Source of the DNA: Brevibacterium luteolum
Lineage (GTDB): Bacteria; Actinomycetota; Actinomycetes; Actinomycetales; Brevibacteriaceae
NCBI RefSeq assembly: GCF_013004595.1
Contig: NZ_JABEMC010000001.1
Coordinates: 1 to 64,000, forward strand
DNA length: 64,000 nucleotides
Reading direction: 5' to 3'
Part shown: positions 40,850 through 48,999 of the stretch, in pieces
Numbering within the stretch: position 1 is the first letter of the stretch
How the letters are laid out: every line of letters starts with the position of its first letter
Made by a program: the position numbers and the translations under genes
Notes under the pieces: generated by a model
Seen by the model: only the letters and a program-made list of their open reading frames with translations
What the model was told of the DNA's origin: nothing
Database searches by the model: none

Positions 40850-41626
40850 TCAGCGCGGCCGGACGGTCAGCGACTGCACGAGCGAACCGAGCGGCCCGGC
40901 GGCGTCGTGGAGCACCGAGTGGGTCAGGCCCAGGCCAGTCTCACCGAAGGTCACGCGGGTGTCGAAGCCCAGCCAGTCGCCGGCGAGCTCCGAGCGCAGG
41001 AAATGCGCGGTGAGATCGACGTTGGGGAACATCACCTCAGCCGGATCCCGGCGCACCGTCATCCCGTTGGCGGCATCGAGGTGCGTGCATGCCTGGGCGA
41101 AGTCCGAGACCTCCTCGTCGTCGAGCAGCCGCTCGTCCGAACGCAGCCAGTACATTGCCCGACCCGGTGAGAACTGGCTGCGGCGGCCCTGCAGGGAGGC
41201 GATGTAGCCACCAGGCCACACGCTGCGCGGGTCGAACGGCGCCAGCTCTTCCGGCGGCGGGATCGGCTCGAAGGCGGTGCCGGCCACCGCCGAGGTGTCG
41301 GTGTCCGTCAGCAGCCAGGCGCGGGCTAACACGATGGTCCGCTCGCCGTAGGTCACCTCGGCTTCGAGTAGCTCGATGGTGCGGCCGGCCCGGCGCACGG
41401 AGACGGTGAGATCGAACTCGTCGATCGGGATGACGCCGTAGATGTCGGCCGACAGGCGCGCCATCTGCAGCGGCGCACCCTCGCGGCGGGCGGCGTGGTC
41501 GCGTTCGAAGCTGTGGATGAGCAGCCCGATGATCGGGGAGATGTGCTGCTCCGCTTCATTCCATGCACCCGCCGTCGCGGCGGTCGCGCGCAGGCGCGTG
41601 TCCGAGAGTGGTTCGAAATATGCCAT
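40850..41626 (-). CDS. Thioesterase-family (double hot-dog) protein
   Basis: GAWN..QH, RAGRTIEL, DAANG and FPNVDLTAH. Confidence 0.88.
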   Translation of the reverse strand: MAYFEPLSDTRLRATAATAGAWNEAEQHISPIIGLLIHSFERDHAARREGAPLQMARLSADIYGVIPIDEFDLTVSVRRAGRTIELLEAEVTYGERTIVLARAWLLTDTDTSAVAGTAFEPIPPPEELAPFDPRSVWPGGYIASLQGRRSQFSPGRAMYWLRSDERLLDDEEVSDFAQACTHLDAANGMTVRRDPAEVMFPNVDLTAHFLRSELAGDWLGFDTRVTFGETGLGLTHSVLHDAAGPLGSLVQSLTVRPR

Positions 41627-41733
41627 GGCAACAGACTAGCGGCAGGTGCCCACCGCCTCGGGAGCGGGGATGAATGCGAACCGGGCCGCACCCTGGCTCA
41701 TGGGTGCGGCCCGACTCAGTCAGGGGTGCGGCG

Positions 41734-43566
41734 TCACTGCACGCCGAGGCGCTGGCGGAGGTTGTCGACCTCGGCCTTGAGCTCGGCCGGGACGTGATCG
41801 CCGAGCGAGTCGTACCATTCCTCGATCGAGGCGAGCTCCTCAGCCCACTCCTCGGGCTTGATGGCAAGCGCCTTGCGCAGCTGCTCCTCGGTCACGTCGA
41901 GGCCGTCGATGTCGAGCGAGCCCTCGGCCGGGGTGTGGCCCAGCGGGGTTTCTACGGCCTCAGCGGTGCCGGCCACGCGCTCGAATACCCACTTGAGGAC
42001 GCGGGAGTTCTCCGAGAAGCCCGGCCACAGGAACGAGCCGTCCTCGTCGCGGCGGAACCAGTTGACGTAGAAGATCTTCGGCAGCTTCGCACCCTCGGTG
42101 CGGCCGATCTCCAGCCAGTGGCGGAAGTAGTCGCCGACGTTGTAGCCGATGAACGGGCGCATCGCCATCGGATCGCGGCGCACGACACCGACCTGGCCCT
42201 TGGCCGCAGCGGTCGTCTCCGAGGACAGGGTGGATCCCATGAACACGCCGTGGGTCCAGTCCCTGGTCTCGGTCACCAGCGGCATCGTCGTCTTGCGGCG
42301 GCCGCCGAAGAGGATCGCCGAGATCGGCACGCCGTTGGGGTTTTCGTACTCATCGGCAAGCGTCGGGGTGTTGGTGATCGGGGTGCAGAAGCGCGAGTTC
42401 GGGTGCGCGGCCGGGGTGCCTGACTCCGGAGTCCAGTCGTTGCCCTTCCAGTCGGTCAGGTGCGCCGGGGTCTCCTCGGTCATGCCCTCCCACCAGACGT
42501 CGCCGTCATCGGTGAGCGCGACATTGGTGAAGACGTTGCCGCCGGCCTCGATCGCGCGCATCGCGGTCGGGTTGGTGGTGTAGCCGGTGCCAGGTGCCAC
42601 GCCGAAGAGGCCGAACTCCGGGTTGACGGCGTAGAGCTGGCCGTCGGCGCCGAAGCGCATCCAGGCGATGTCGTCGCCGAGCGTTTCGGCCTTCCAGCCC
42701 TCGAGGGTCGGTTCGATCATCGCGAGGTTGGTCTTGCCGCAGGCGCTCGGGAAGGCCGCAGCGACGTACTTGACCTCGCCTTCCGGGCTGGTGAGCTTGA
42801 GGATGAGCATGTGCTCGGCCAGCCAGCCCTCTTCGCGGGCGATCGCCGAGGCGATGCGCAGCGAGTAGCACTTCTTGCCCAGCAGCGCGTTGCCGCCGTA
42901 GCCGGACCCAAACGACCAGATGGCGCGCTCTTCGGGGAAGTGGGTGATGTACTTCGTCGTGTTGCACGGCCACGCGACGTCCTCCTGGCCGGGCTCCAGC
43001 GGTGCGCCGACGGAGTGGACGCATTCGACGAACTCGCCGCCGTGTTCCTCGATGGCCTTGAGTTCGGCGGTGCCGCAGCGGGCCATGATCTGCATGGACA
43101 GGACGACGTAGGCGGAGTCGGTGACCTCGATGCCGAACATCGGCTGATCGGCATCCGCACGTCCCATGACGAACGGGATGACGTACATCGTCCGGCCCTT
43201 CATTGAGCCGTCGAAGAGGTCGTGGAGGATGGACTTCATCTCATCGGGAGCCATCCAGTTGTTCAGCGGGCCGGCGTCGGCCTCATCGCGCGAGCAGATG
43301 TAGGTGCGCTCTTCGACGCGGGCGACATCGTCCGGGTCGGAGGCGGCGTAGAACGAGTCCTTCTGCTTGGGCAGCGGCTTGAGGGTGCCGGCTTCGATAA
43401 GCTGGTTCTGCAGTGCACGCTTCTGATCGTCGTCTCCGGTGATCCACTCGATGCGGTCGGGAGTGGTGCGCTCGGCGATCGAGCGGACGAAGCTGAGGAT
43501 CTTCTCGTTGCTGGTCGGTGCACCAGCAAGCAGGTCTTCGACTGAGCCACGGTCGAGGACGGTCAT
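41734..43566 (-). CDS. pckG: Phosphoenolpyruvate carboxykinase (GTP)
   Basis: [38 protein letters not shown] and GDDIAWM; AGGAG RBS before ATG 43566. Confidence 0.97.
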   Translation of the reverse strand: MTVLDRGSVEDLLAGAPTSNEKILSFVRSIAERTTPDRIEWITGDDDQKRALQNQLIEAGTLKPLPKQKDSFYAASDPDDVARVEERTYICSRDEADAGPLNNWMAPDEMKSILHDLFDGSMKGRTMYVIPFVMGRADADQPMFGIEVTDSAYVVLSMQIMARCGTAELKAIEEHGGEFVECVHSVGAPLEPGQEDVAWPCNTTKYITHFPEERAIWSFGSGYGGNALLGKKCYSLRIASAIAREEGWLAEHMLILKLTSPEGEVKYVAAAFPSACGKTNLAMIEPTLEGWKAETLGDDIAWMRFGADGQLYAVNPEFGLFGVAPGTGYTTNPTAMRAIEAGGNVFTNVALTDDGDVWWEGMTEETPAHLTDWKGNDWTPESGTPAAHPNSRFCTPITNTPTLADEYENPNGVPISAILFGGRRKTTMPLVTETRDWTHGVFMGSTLSSETTAAAKGQVGVVRRDPMAMRPFIGYNVGDYFRHWLEIGRTEGAKLPKIFYVNWFRRDEDGSFLWPGFSENSRVLKWVFERVAGTAEAVETPLGHTPAEGSLDIDGLDVTEEQLRKALAIKPEEWAEELASIEEWYDSLGDHVPAELKAEVDNLRQRLGVQ

Positions 43567-43898
43567 GAGGATCTCCTGATCTGTCGGGGTTTCGGAGTTC
43601 TGCTTGTGCGGACGTCGCCGCCAAGCGATGTCTCCACCGTACGAACCGTTCTTCGCAGGCACCGGGGATTCGCGGGCCTCGCGCCTGTGCATTGAGTCAC
43701 AAGCTGGTGACTTATGGTCAATAGACGTCAGATGAGAGACGGATATTCCCAAGGAAATGACGACTTTTGTCAAAGGCTGGATTCGGCTGCAGATCGCTGC
43801 CCCCGTGGCGGTGGTTGGCGGATGTGGCAAAGAGCGCAGAGCGTGGATTTTGGCTCGCGGGCGATCGTGTGTATAGTTGTTCTGGTCATTGCGACAGT

Positions 43899-43971
43899 GC
43901 GCCACTAGCTCAACGGATAGAGCATCTGACTACGGATCAGAAGGTTGGGGGTTCGAATCCCTCGTGGCGCG
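43899..43971 (+). tRNA. tRNA-Arg(ACG), prophage attachment site
   Basis: GCGCCAC/GTGGCGC acceptor stem, TCTGA-CTACGGA-TCAGA anticodon arm, GTTCGAATC. Confidence 0.97.
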
Positions 43972-44259
43972 CGAATCTCCACTAGAGCCGCCGTCCGGTC
44001 CATCCGGGCGGCGGTTTTTCAATTCACCGGTTTCGATCCACTCCAGCGGAACCTGCGTCCGCATCGCCCAGAGGATGAGCTCGGCGCGCCGCGGACTGGT
44101 CCGGTCGTTGAGCCAGTTCGAGATCGTGTTGCGCGACACGCCGAGGTGCTGCGCCATCTCCTGAGATGAAAGACCTGCAGCCGACAGCGACTTCGCCAGC
44201 CGGTCGCCGCGCGTGAACTGCAGCCGTGCCATCAGGGTCGATTCGGGGTTCTCAGACAT
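43930..44259 (-). CDS. Phage immunity repressor (XRE HTH); C-terminus overlaps tRNA-Arg in antisense
   Basis: GDRLAKSL..AGLSSQEMAQHLGVSRNTISNWLND..WAMRTQVPLEWIETG; ends RDSNPQPSDP* within the tRNA. Confidence 0.92.
   Translation of the reverse strand: MSENPESTLMARLQFTRGDRLAKSLSAAGLSSQEMAQHLGVSRNTISNWLNDRTSPRRAELILWAMRTQVPLEWIETGELKNRRPDGPDGGSSGDSRATRDSNPQPSDP
43985..44019 (+). terminator. Intrinsic terminator for tRNA-Arg, located in phage DNA
   Basis: GAGCCGCCGTCCGG-tccat-CCGGGCGGCGGTTTTT. Confidence 0.85.
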
Positions 44260-44366
44260 ACCTCTATTATGCCTAAGCTTGTGCAGATTCGCAAGGTAAT
44301 GCAAAAACTCTGCGACTGGTAGTTGCACAAGATTGGGAAGTGGTGCAACCTTGTGACATGCACAAG
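44260..44366. promoter_or_regulatory. Divergent rep/cro promoter-operator region
   Basis: CATAAT-N6-ATG for rep; TTGCAC...CAACCT-N6-ATG for cro; repeated TGCACAAG/CTTGTG half-sites. Confidence 0.7.
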
Positions 44367-44576
44367 TCGCAAGAACTCATCCGCAGCGCCGACGCAGCCG
44401 CAATGCTCGCGATCGACCGCTCCACCCTCTCCCGATGGGTAAAAGCCGGAAAGCTCACCCCAGCCGTCGAAGGCTCCGGCATCCGCGGCGAACGGTTCTT
44501 TGCCCGCGAAGACGTCGAAGCGCTCGCCGCGAAGCCCGCAGCGCTCGCCCAAGAGTCGAAGCCGGTGGCGTCATGA
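44358..44576 (+). CDS. Cro/excisionase-like HTH protein
   Basis: LIRSADAAAMLAIDRSTLSRWVKAGKL...RFFAREDVEAL. Confidence 0.85.
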   Translation: MHKSQELIRSADAAAMLAIDRSTLSRWVKAGKLTPAVEGSGIRGERFFAREDVEALAAKPAALAQESKPVAS

Positions 44577-44683
44577 CCGGACACATTAACTGGGCCGCCG
44601 CGCGGTCGCCCAAGAGGTGTGTGTACGTGAGCTGTGAGCGCTGCCTGGAGATCCGCCTGGATGACGAACTGGTGAAGCTGTGA
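44573..44683 (+). CDS. Small phage protein (36 aa, CxxC)
   Basis: ATGA coupling to the cro-like gene. Confidence 0.45.
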   Translation: MTGHINWAAARSPKRCVYVSCERCLEIRLDDELVKL

Positions 44684-44688
44684 GCCGG

Positions 44689-45273
44689 TCAAGATTCGGG
44701 GAGCAGCTGCTCCATCAGAACGCTTTCGCCGATCGCTACCGTAATAACGTTGCCGTCCACCCCGGTGACAACAGCGGTGTACGGCTCGCCTCTGTCGAGT
44801 CGCGGGGAAAGGCGTCGTGCGAAGCCACGGTTCACGTAACCCCAAGCTGCGGTGCCGACGGGCCCGCAGAGCGCGATCGCCTTGGGGTCGTGCTCGTTGT
44901 TGGGCTCTCTCTTGAGCATGATGATGCTGCCAATCTCGATCTCAGCGGATTGAAGAGCGGCACTGTAGTGCCTGGTTCCTCGGGCACGGAGGTAGAAGAC
45001 GCCGGCGCGAGCGAGGGCGAGGTTGCCCGGCGCGGCTTGCAAACCACTGCTCTTGCTGACGAACCGCAGCTCGTCGCGCCAGATCAACTCGAAGGTCGGA
45101 CGTCCATTGACGATGACGAGCTCACTGTCCGACTCGGCCTTGCTCAGCCAACGCCGCTCGGGCGCCGGTCTGCGCTCCACTTCCTGCGCCTCTCGATCGT
45201 GTGGTGCCTGCGTCTCCGCTTGGCTGCCGCTGAACAGCGTGCGGAAGAACTCTTGAGCTGCTCGAAAAACCAT
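44689..45273 (-). CDS. HIRAN-domain protein, oriented against the early operon
   Basis: RGTRHY...LKREPNNEHDPKAIAL...WGYV; GAAGGAG RBS. Confidence 0.8.
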   Translation of the reverse strand: MVFRAAQEFFRTLFSGSQAETQAPHDREAQEVERRPAPERRWLSKAESDSELVIVNGRPTFELIWRDELRFVSKSSGLQAAPGNLALARAGVFYLRARGTRHYSAALQSAEIEIGSIIMLKREPNNEHDPKAIALCGPVGTAAWGYVNRGFARRLSPRLDRGEPYTAVVTGVDGNVITVAIGESVLMEQLLPES

Positions 45274-45480
45274 AGACCGTCTCCTTCGGCGAGTAGGCGT
45301 CGTCACAGGCGTCAGCTTACCGACGGAGACTGCACGGACATCGCTCCCGTCGAGTCAGCGGTTGAGCGTCCGTGCGGGTCGCCGGAGTCGACACGGGGAT
45401 GCGACTCGGGCGGCTGAAGGGTGGGGCCGGGCGCGGGTGTAAGGGGAAACCCGCGTCCGGTCTCACCACAGGAAGTAGGC

Positions 45481-45517
45481 AAAAAGGAAACGCCCTCGGC
45501 GGTGGAGCGCCGAGGGC
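45481..45517 (-). terminator. Minus-strand intrinsic terminator upstream of the antirepressor gene
   Basis: GCCCTCGGCG-gtggag-CGCCGAGGGC preceded by AAAAAGGAAAC, which gives a U-tract on the minus strand. Confidence 0.7.
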
Positions 45518-45540
45518 CACGGTCCAAGAAAGGACACGAG

Positions 45541-46347
45541 ATGAAGAATCTCAGGATCTTCGACTACCAGGATACACCGGTGCGCACGGTCGAGTTGGAT
45601 GGTGAGCCGTGGTTCGTGCTCGCCGACCTCTGCCGAGTGCTCGGACTGACCCGCGGTGCCGCACAGGTCTCCGAGCGTCTCGACGATGGGGTACGCCAGC
45701 CGTACCCCATCCAGGACAGCATGGGTCGCACGCAGCAGGCGACGATCGTTTCGGAGGCGGGCATGTACGAGGTCGTCATCCGATCGGACAAGCCGGAGGC
45801 GGTTGAGTTCCGCAGGTGGATCACCGCAGAGGTGTTGCCGGCGATCCGTAAGACGGGCCGGTACCAGGCGGATCAGCTGGCAGCTCCCGAGCTGGTCTCC
45901 CGCGCTGACCTTGCCCGCATGGTGCTAGAAGCCGAGGAGGAGAAGAAGGTGTTGGAGGCCGCGATCGAATCGCAGGCCCCGATCGTTGCCTATCACGAAC
46001 GGTTCGTCGCTGAGTCCGATGACATCGTCACCGTCGACAACTTCGCCGGCCAGTACAACACGACCGGGCCACGAGTTCGTGAGCTCCTCCACGAGAAGCG
46101 CATCGCGGTCCGCCGCTGTATTGGCCGCCGTTGGTCGAAGACGAAGCAGCGGATGGTCGACGACTTCGAGTGGCGGCCCCGCGCCGGCGTGCCCTCCGCC
46201 GAGTGGTTCGAGCTGCGCCCGCAGCATAACGCGCCTCGCCTCCACAACGGTCAGGTGCGACAGACCATGTACGTCCGCCAGTTCTACGCCGCTGACCTCG
46301 CAGCACGGATCGGCCTGCAGCAGCCCACCTTGGAGGCGCAGTCATGA
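45541..46347 (+). CDS. BRO-N domain phage antirepressor
   Basis: VRTVELDGEPWFVLADLCRVLGL...VSEAGMYEVVIRSDKPEAVEFRRWITAEVLPAIRKTGRY; AAAGGA RBS. Confidence 0.92.
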   Translation: MKNLRIFDYQDTPVRTVELDGEPWFVLADLCRVLGLTRGAAQVSERLDDGVRQPYPIQDSMGRTQQATIVSEAGMYEVVIRSDKPEAVEFRRWITAEVLPAIRKTGRYQADQLAAPELVSRADLARMVLEAEEEKKVLEAAIESQAPIVAYHERFVAESDDIVTVDNFAGQYNTTGPRVRELLHEKRIAVRRCIGRRWSKTKQRMVDDFEWRPRAGVPSAEWFELRPQHNAPRLHNGQVRQTMYVRQFYAADLAARIGLQQPTLEAQS

Positions 46348-46736
46348 CCACACCACAGAGGTCATTCCCGACAAACCTCGGACAGGAGAGGCTACTGCTT
46401 GCCGGCGTGCACGAAGGCATCGAGTGGGCCCTTTACGCGGCTCCGCTGTGGAACGCCGCCAATGGCTATGTTCGCCTGCCAGATAGCCACCCATGGCTGG
46501 CTGAGCCCTTGCTGTCGGGATACAACGTCATCGACATATCTGGCGGCATCACCTACGGCCCCGACAGCGAGGGATGGATCGGCTTCGACACCCTCCACGC
46601 CTGCGACTACTGGCCAGACTCCCCATTCGAGCCGCGCCCATACGACCGGCAGTGGACTCGCGCAGCCGTCCGCGAGGAGACCATCCGCCTCGCATCGCAA
46701 GCAGCTGTCGCGCTGAGAGCAGGTGACCGGTCATGA
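46344..46736 (+). CDS. Phage hypothetical protein (NGYV..HPW, GGITY, WIGFDTLH)
   Basis: ATGA-coupled ORF. Confidence 0.8.
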   Translation: MTTPQRSFPTNLGQERLLLAGVHEGIEWALYAAPLWNAANGYVRLPDSHPWLAEPLLSGYNVIDISGGITYGPDSEGWIGFDTLHACDYWPDSPFEPRPYDRQWTRAAVREETIRLASQAAVALRAGDRS

Positions 46737-46933
46737 CTCCGCGTGTCGTCTACCAGCGCCGCCGAGCCGCATGGCTGTGGCTGCCACTCATCGCGATCGG
46801 AGGCGTGGTCAACGCCTGGTCCTACACCCTCACCCTCACCCTCAACGGTGCGAGCCTCGCCGGCATGGCCCTCATCGCCGCCGGCACGCTTGCTCTCGCT
46901 CTGGATTTTGATCGGGGTGATGGTCGTGTCTGA
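46733..46933 (+). CDS. Small 2-TM phage membrane protein
   Basis: ATGA coupling; two hydrophobic segments. Confidence 0.75.
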   Translation: MTPRVVYQRRRAAWLWLPLIAIGGVVNAWSYTLTLTLNGASLAGMALIAAGTLALALDFDRGDGRV

Positions 46934-47195
46934 TCAGCGTCGTAGGGAGCTCGGAAATCTTGAGCGTAAGGGCGAGTTCATCATCGCTGATCTGGCGAAG
47001 CGGTGGCAGGAGGGCTCCCCGATTGATGGGCGCCTGGCTGAGCTGCAGAAGGTCAATGCCGACGCGCGTCGTCTCCGCGACGAGGTGACGGTCGCCTACA
47101 TGCGGTCAAAGCAAGCGACGCAGACTCGGCCGGCGGGGCTGCGTGGCCGTCGTACCGCGGTCGTCCGCCCGTTGCCTGGAGGTGTGAAGCCATGA
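46926..47195 (+). CDS. Phage hypothetical protein
   Basis: GTG overlapping the previous stop region; helical composition. Confidence 0.65.
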   Translation: MSDQRRRELGNLERKGEFIIADLAKRWQEGSPIDGRLAELQKVNADARRLRDEVTVAYMRSKQATQTRPAGLRGRRTAVVRPLPGGVKP

Positions 47196-47338
47196 AGCGT
47201 GTCCGTCATCTATGGGTCCGGTTCGTGACGTGGATGGTGCGCCGGGAGCTTGCCCGTCAGCAGCGTCTGCGTGAGCGGCGCACGAACCTGCGCGCCGGCG
47301 TTGAAACGTCGTCGCCTCGGCCGAGGTGGGTGCGATGA
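47192..47338 (+). CDS. Small basic phage protein (48 aa; not in the ORF track)
   Basis: GGAGG RBS, ATGA overlaps at both ends; MKRVRHLWVRFVTWMVRRELARQQRLRERR... Confidence 0.6.
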   Translation: MKRVRHLWVRFVTWMVRRELARQQRLRERRTNLRAGVETSSPRPRWVR

Positions 47339-47676
47339 GGCTCTCAGCGATCCCGATCATGGCTGAACCGCAGGTGCGGAAGCTCCCGCGAGCGTTTCAG
47401 GAGCGCGAGGCACTGCTCGTCCGCCTCAAGCGTGAAGCGACCCGGCAGGAACAGGCCAGGAAGCGTGCTGCAGTGCGTGCCGAGCAGCTGGCTGAGGTCC
47501 TCGACGCCGAGCGTGCTCGTGCCCGGCGTGAAGCCCGACGGCTTCGTAGGGAGGAGTGGCGCGAACGCTTGGCGACTCCTGACCCGGAGGGCTCTGCTCG
47601 GTTGCAGTCGCTCGTCGACGAGGAGCTGGAGTACATCAAGCGCAAGTCCCGCAGCACGAAGGAGGTCACGGCATGA
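47335..47676 (+). CDS. Coiled-coil phage protein
   Basis: Arg/Glu-rich heptads; ATGA coupling. Confidence 0.7.
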   Translation: MRLSAIPIMAEPQVRKLPRAFQEREALLVRLKREATRQEQARKRAAVRAEQLAEVLDAERARARREARRLRREEWRERLATPDPEGSARLQSLVDEELEYIKRKSRSTKEVTA

Positions 47677-47894
47677 CGAAGAGGCTCCGGATCTATTCCC
47701 GGTTGGTGCCGGCGTTGCCGGTGGAGCAGCCGTGGCTTTACGGCATCGCGTTTCCACGACTCAACATCAAGTTCAAGCGCTGCTGGCTAGTCCAGGGTGA
47801 CAACGGCACCTGTGCGCATGGCACGCATGCTGCGGCGATCGACTGCGCGTCGAGGCGGGCGTTCGCCGCGGCGATGGAAGAGGCGACATGCTGA
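47673..47894 (+). CDS. Phage hypothetical protein
   Basis: AAGGAGG RBS; ATGA coupling. Confidence 0.65.
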   Translation: MTKRLRIYSRLVPALPVEQPWLYGIAFPRLNIKFKRCWLVQGDNGTCAHGTHAAAIDCASRRAFAAAMEEATC

Positions 47895-48460
47895 CCGCTG
47901 AGCCCGTCCAAGGCGATCTGCTCGACTACCTCGACCAGCTCGACAGCACCCGTCAGCTCGACACCACGCCCGGCTGGCAGTGCCCGCACTGCAGCGGACG
48001 GTTCGAGCGCAGCGAAGCTGAGGTCGCTCCGCGGCACCGGGAGCCGTGGCCGCCGTCACCGATCCCAGGCGCGTGTGCGTCACAAAAGATCAGCCTGGAG
48101 CTGCTCCTCATCCGCCTATCACCGGCGCACAAGACGGTCGCCTGGACGAAGCATCAGGACGCTCTGGCGATGATCCTCGCCGCGAAACAGGACGGCGTGT
48201 CCGACGCCCTGCTGGGTCGCGTCCTCGCAGACGAACAGCTGCAGGATTGGGTGCTCCTGCGCCAACTGCTGATGGGCGCACCAGGCGCCGGCGACATCCG
48301 AGACCCAGCGACACAGCGACAGCACGCCGAACGACGACTCGGCGGCATCCGAGACGGCGTGTCCTACCAATGCACCAAGACCGGCGTCGAGATCCGCATC
48401 AGAGACTCCATGCGGCTGATCCGCTGGCGTGACCTGCCTGCACCGGGAGGGACGACATGA
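47888..48460 (+). CDS. Phage protein with N-terminal QGDLL motif and CPHC
   Basis: GAGG RBS; overlaps the previous gene. Confidence 0.75.
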   Translation: MLTAEPVQGDLLDYLDQLDSTRQLDTTPGWQCPHCSGRFERSEAEVAPRHREPWPPSPIPGACASQKISLELLLIRLSPAHKTVAWTKHQDALAMILAAKQDGVSDALLGRVLADEQLQDWVLLRQLLMGAPGAGDIRDPATQRQHAERRLGGIRDGVSYQCTKTGVEIRIRDSMRLIRWRDLPAPGGTT

Positions 48461-48999
48461 CCGCGATCATCGACGGGCAGCTTGATCTGCTCGACCTCAT
48501 CGAGGCCGACAACGGTCTCACCGCCGTCGAGCAGCGCTACTACGACGCTCTGACATGCCTCCGAGACGCAGTCCCGGAAGCACTTGAAGTCGTCATCCGT
48601 CTCTGCGACTGGCAGTCCACCGACAAACGCGGATCCGGGGCGTCAGGGCGCTGGTGCTACACCGTCGCCAACCGAGGCGTCTACTTCGACACCAGAGACC
48701 GCTGGAATCCCGAAGCGCGCCCTGAACATCTCGTCACCTGGAACGAGCTCACCGACCTACTTGCCGACCATCCTCTGCGCCCCGGCGTCATCGCCTGGGC
48801 AGAAGCTCTGGCCGAGCTCGACTCGTGGAAGGACCGTTTCCGTCCCTACGAGCTATGGCCCGACCCTCACCGCTGGCACCCCTCCTACATCGAAAGTGAC
48901 CGCAGCCGCCCAGGCTACGAAGCACGGATGCAGGCATGGGCCGACTGCTACCAGATCCTCACCGACACCCAGAACCACCTCACAGGAGACTCGTCATGA
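48457..48999 (+). CDS. Phage protein with N-terminal GQLDLL motif
   Basis: GGAGG RBS; ATGA coupling. Confidence 0.8.
   Translation: MTAIIDGQLDLLDLIEADNGLTAVEQRYYDALTCLRDAVPEALEVVIRLCDWQSTDKRGSGASGRWCYTVANRGVYFDTRDRWNPEARPEHLVTWNELTDLLADHPLRPGVIAWAEALAELDSWKDRFRPYELWPDPHRWHPSYIESDRSRPGYEARMQAWADCYQILTDTQNHLTGDSS

Noticed and set aside
43567..43905. 113-aa N-terminal extension of PEPCK in the ORF track (similar extensions for merR, csbD, mmpL and others)
   Set aside because: Artefact of longest-ORF calling; RBS or leaderless signals support the shorter starts.
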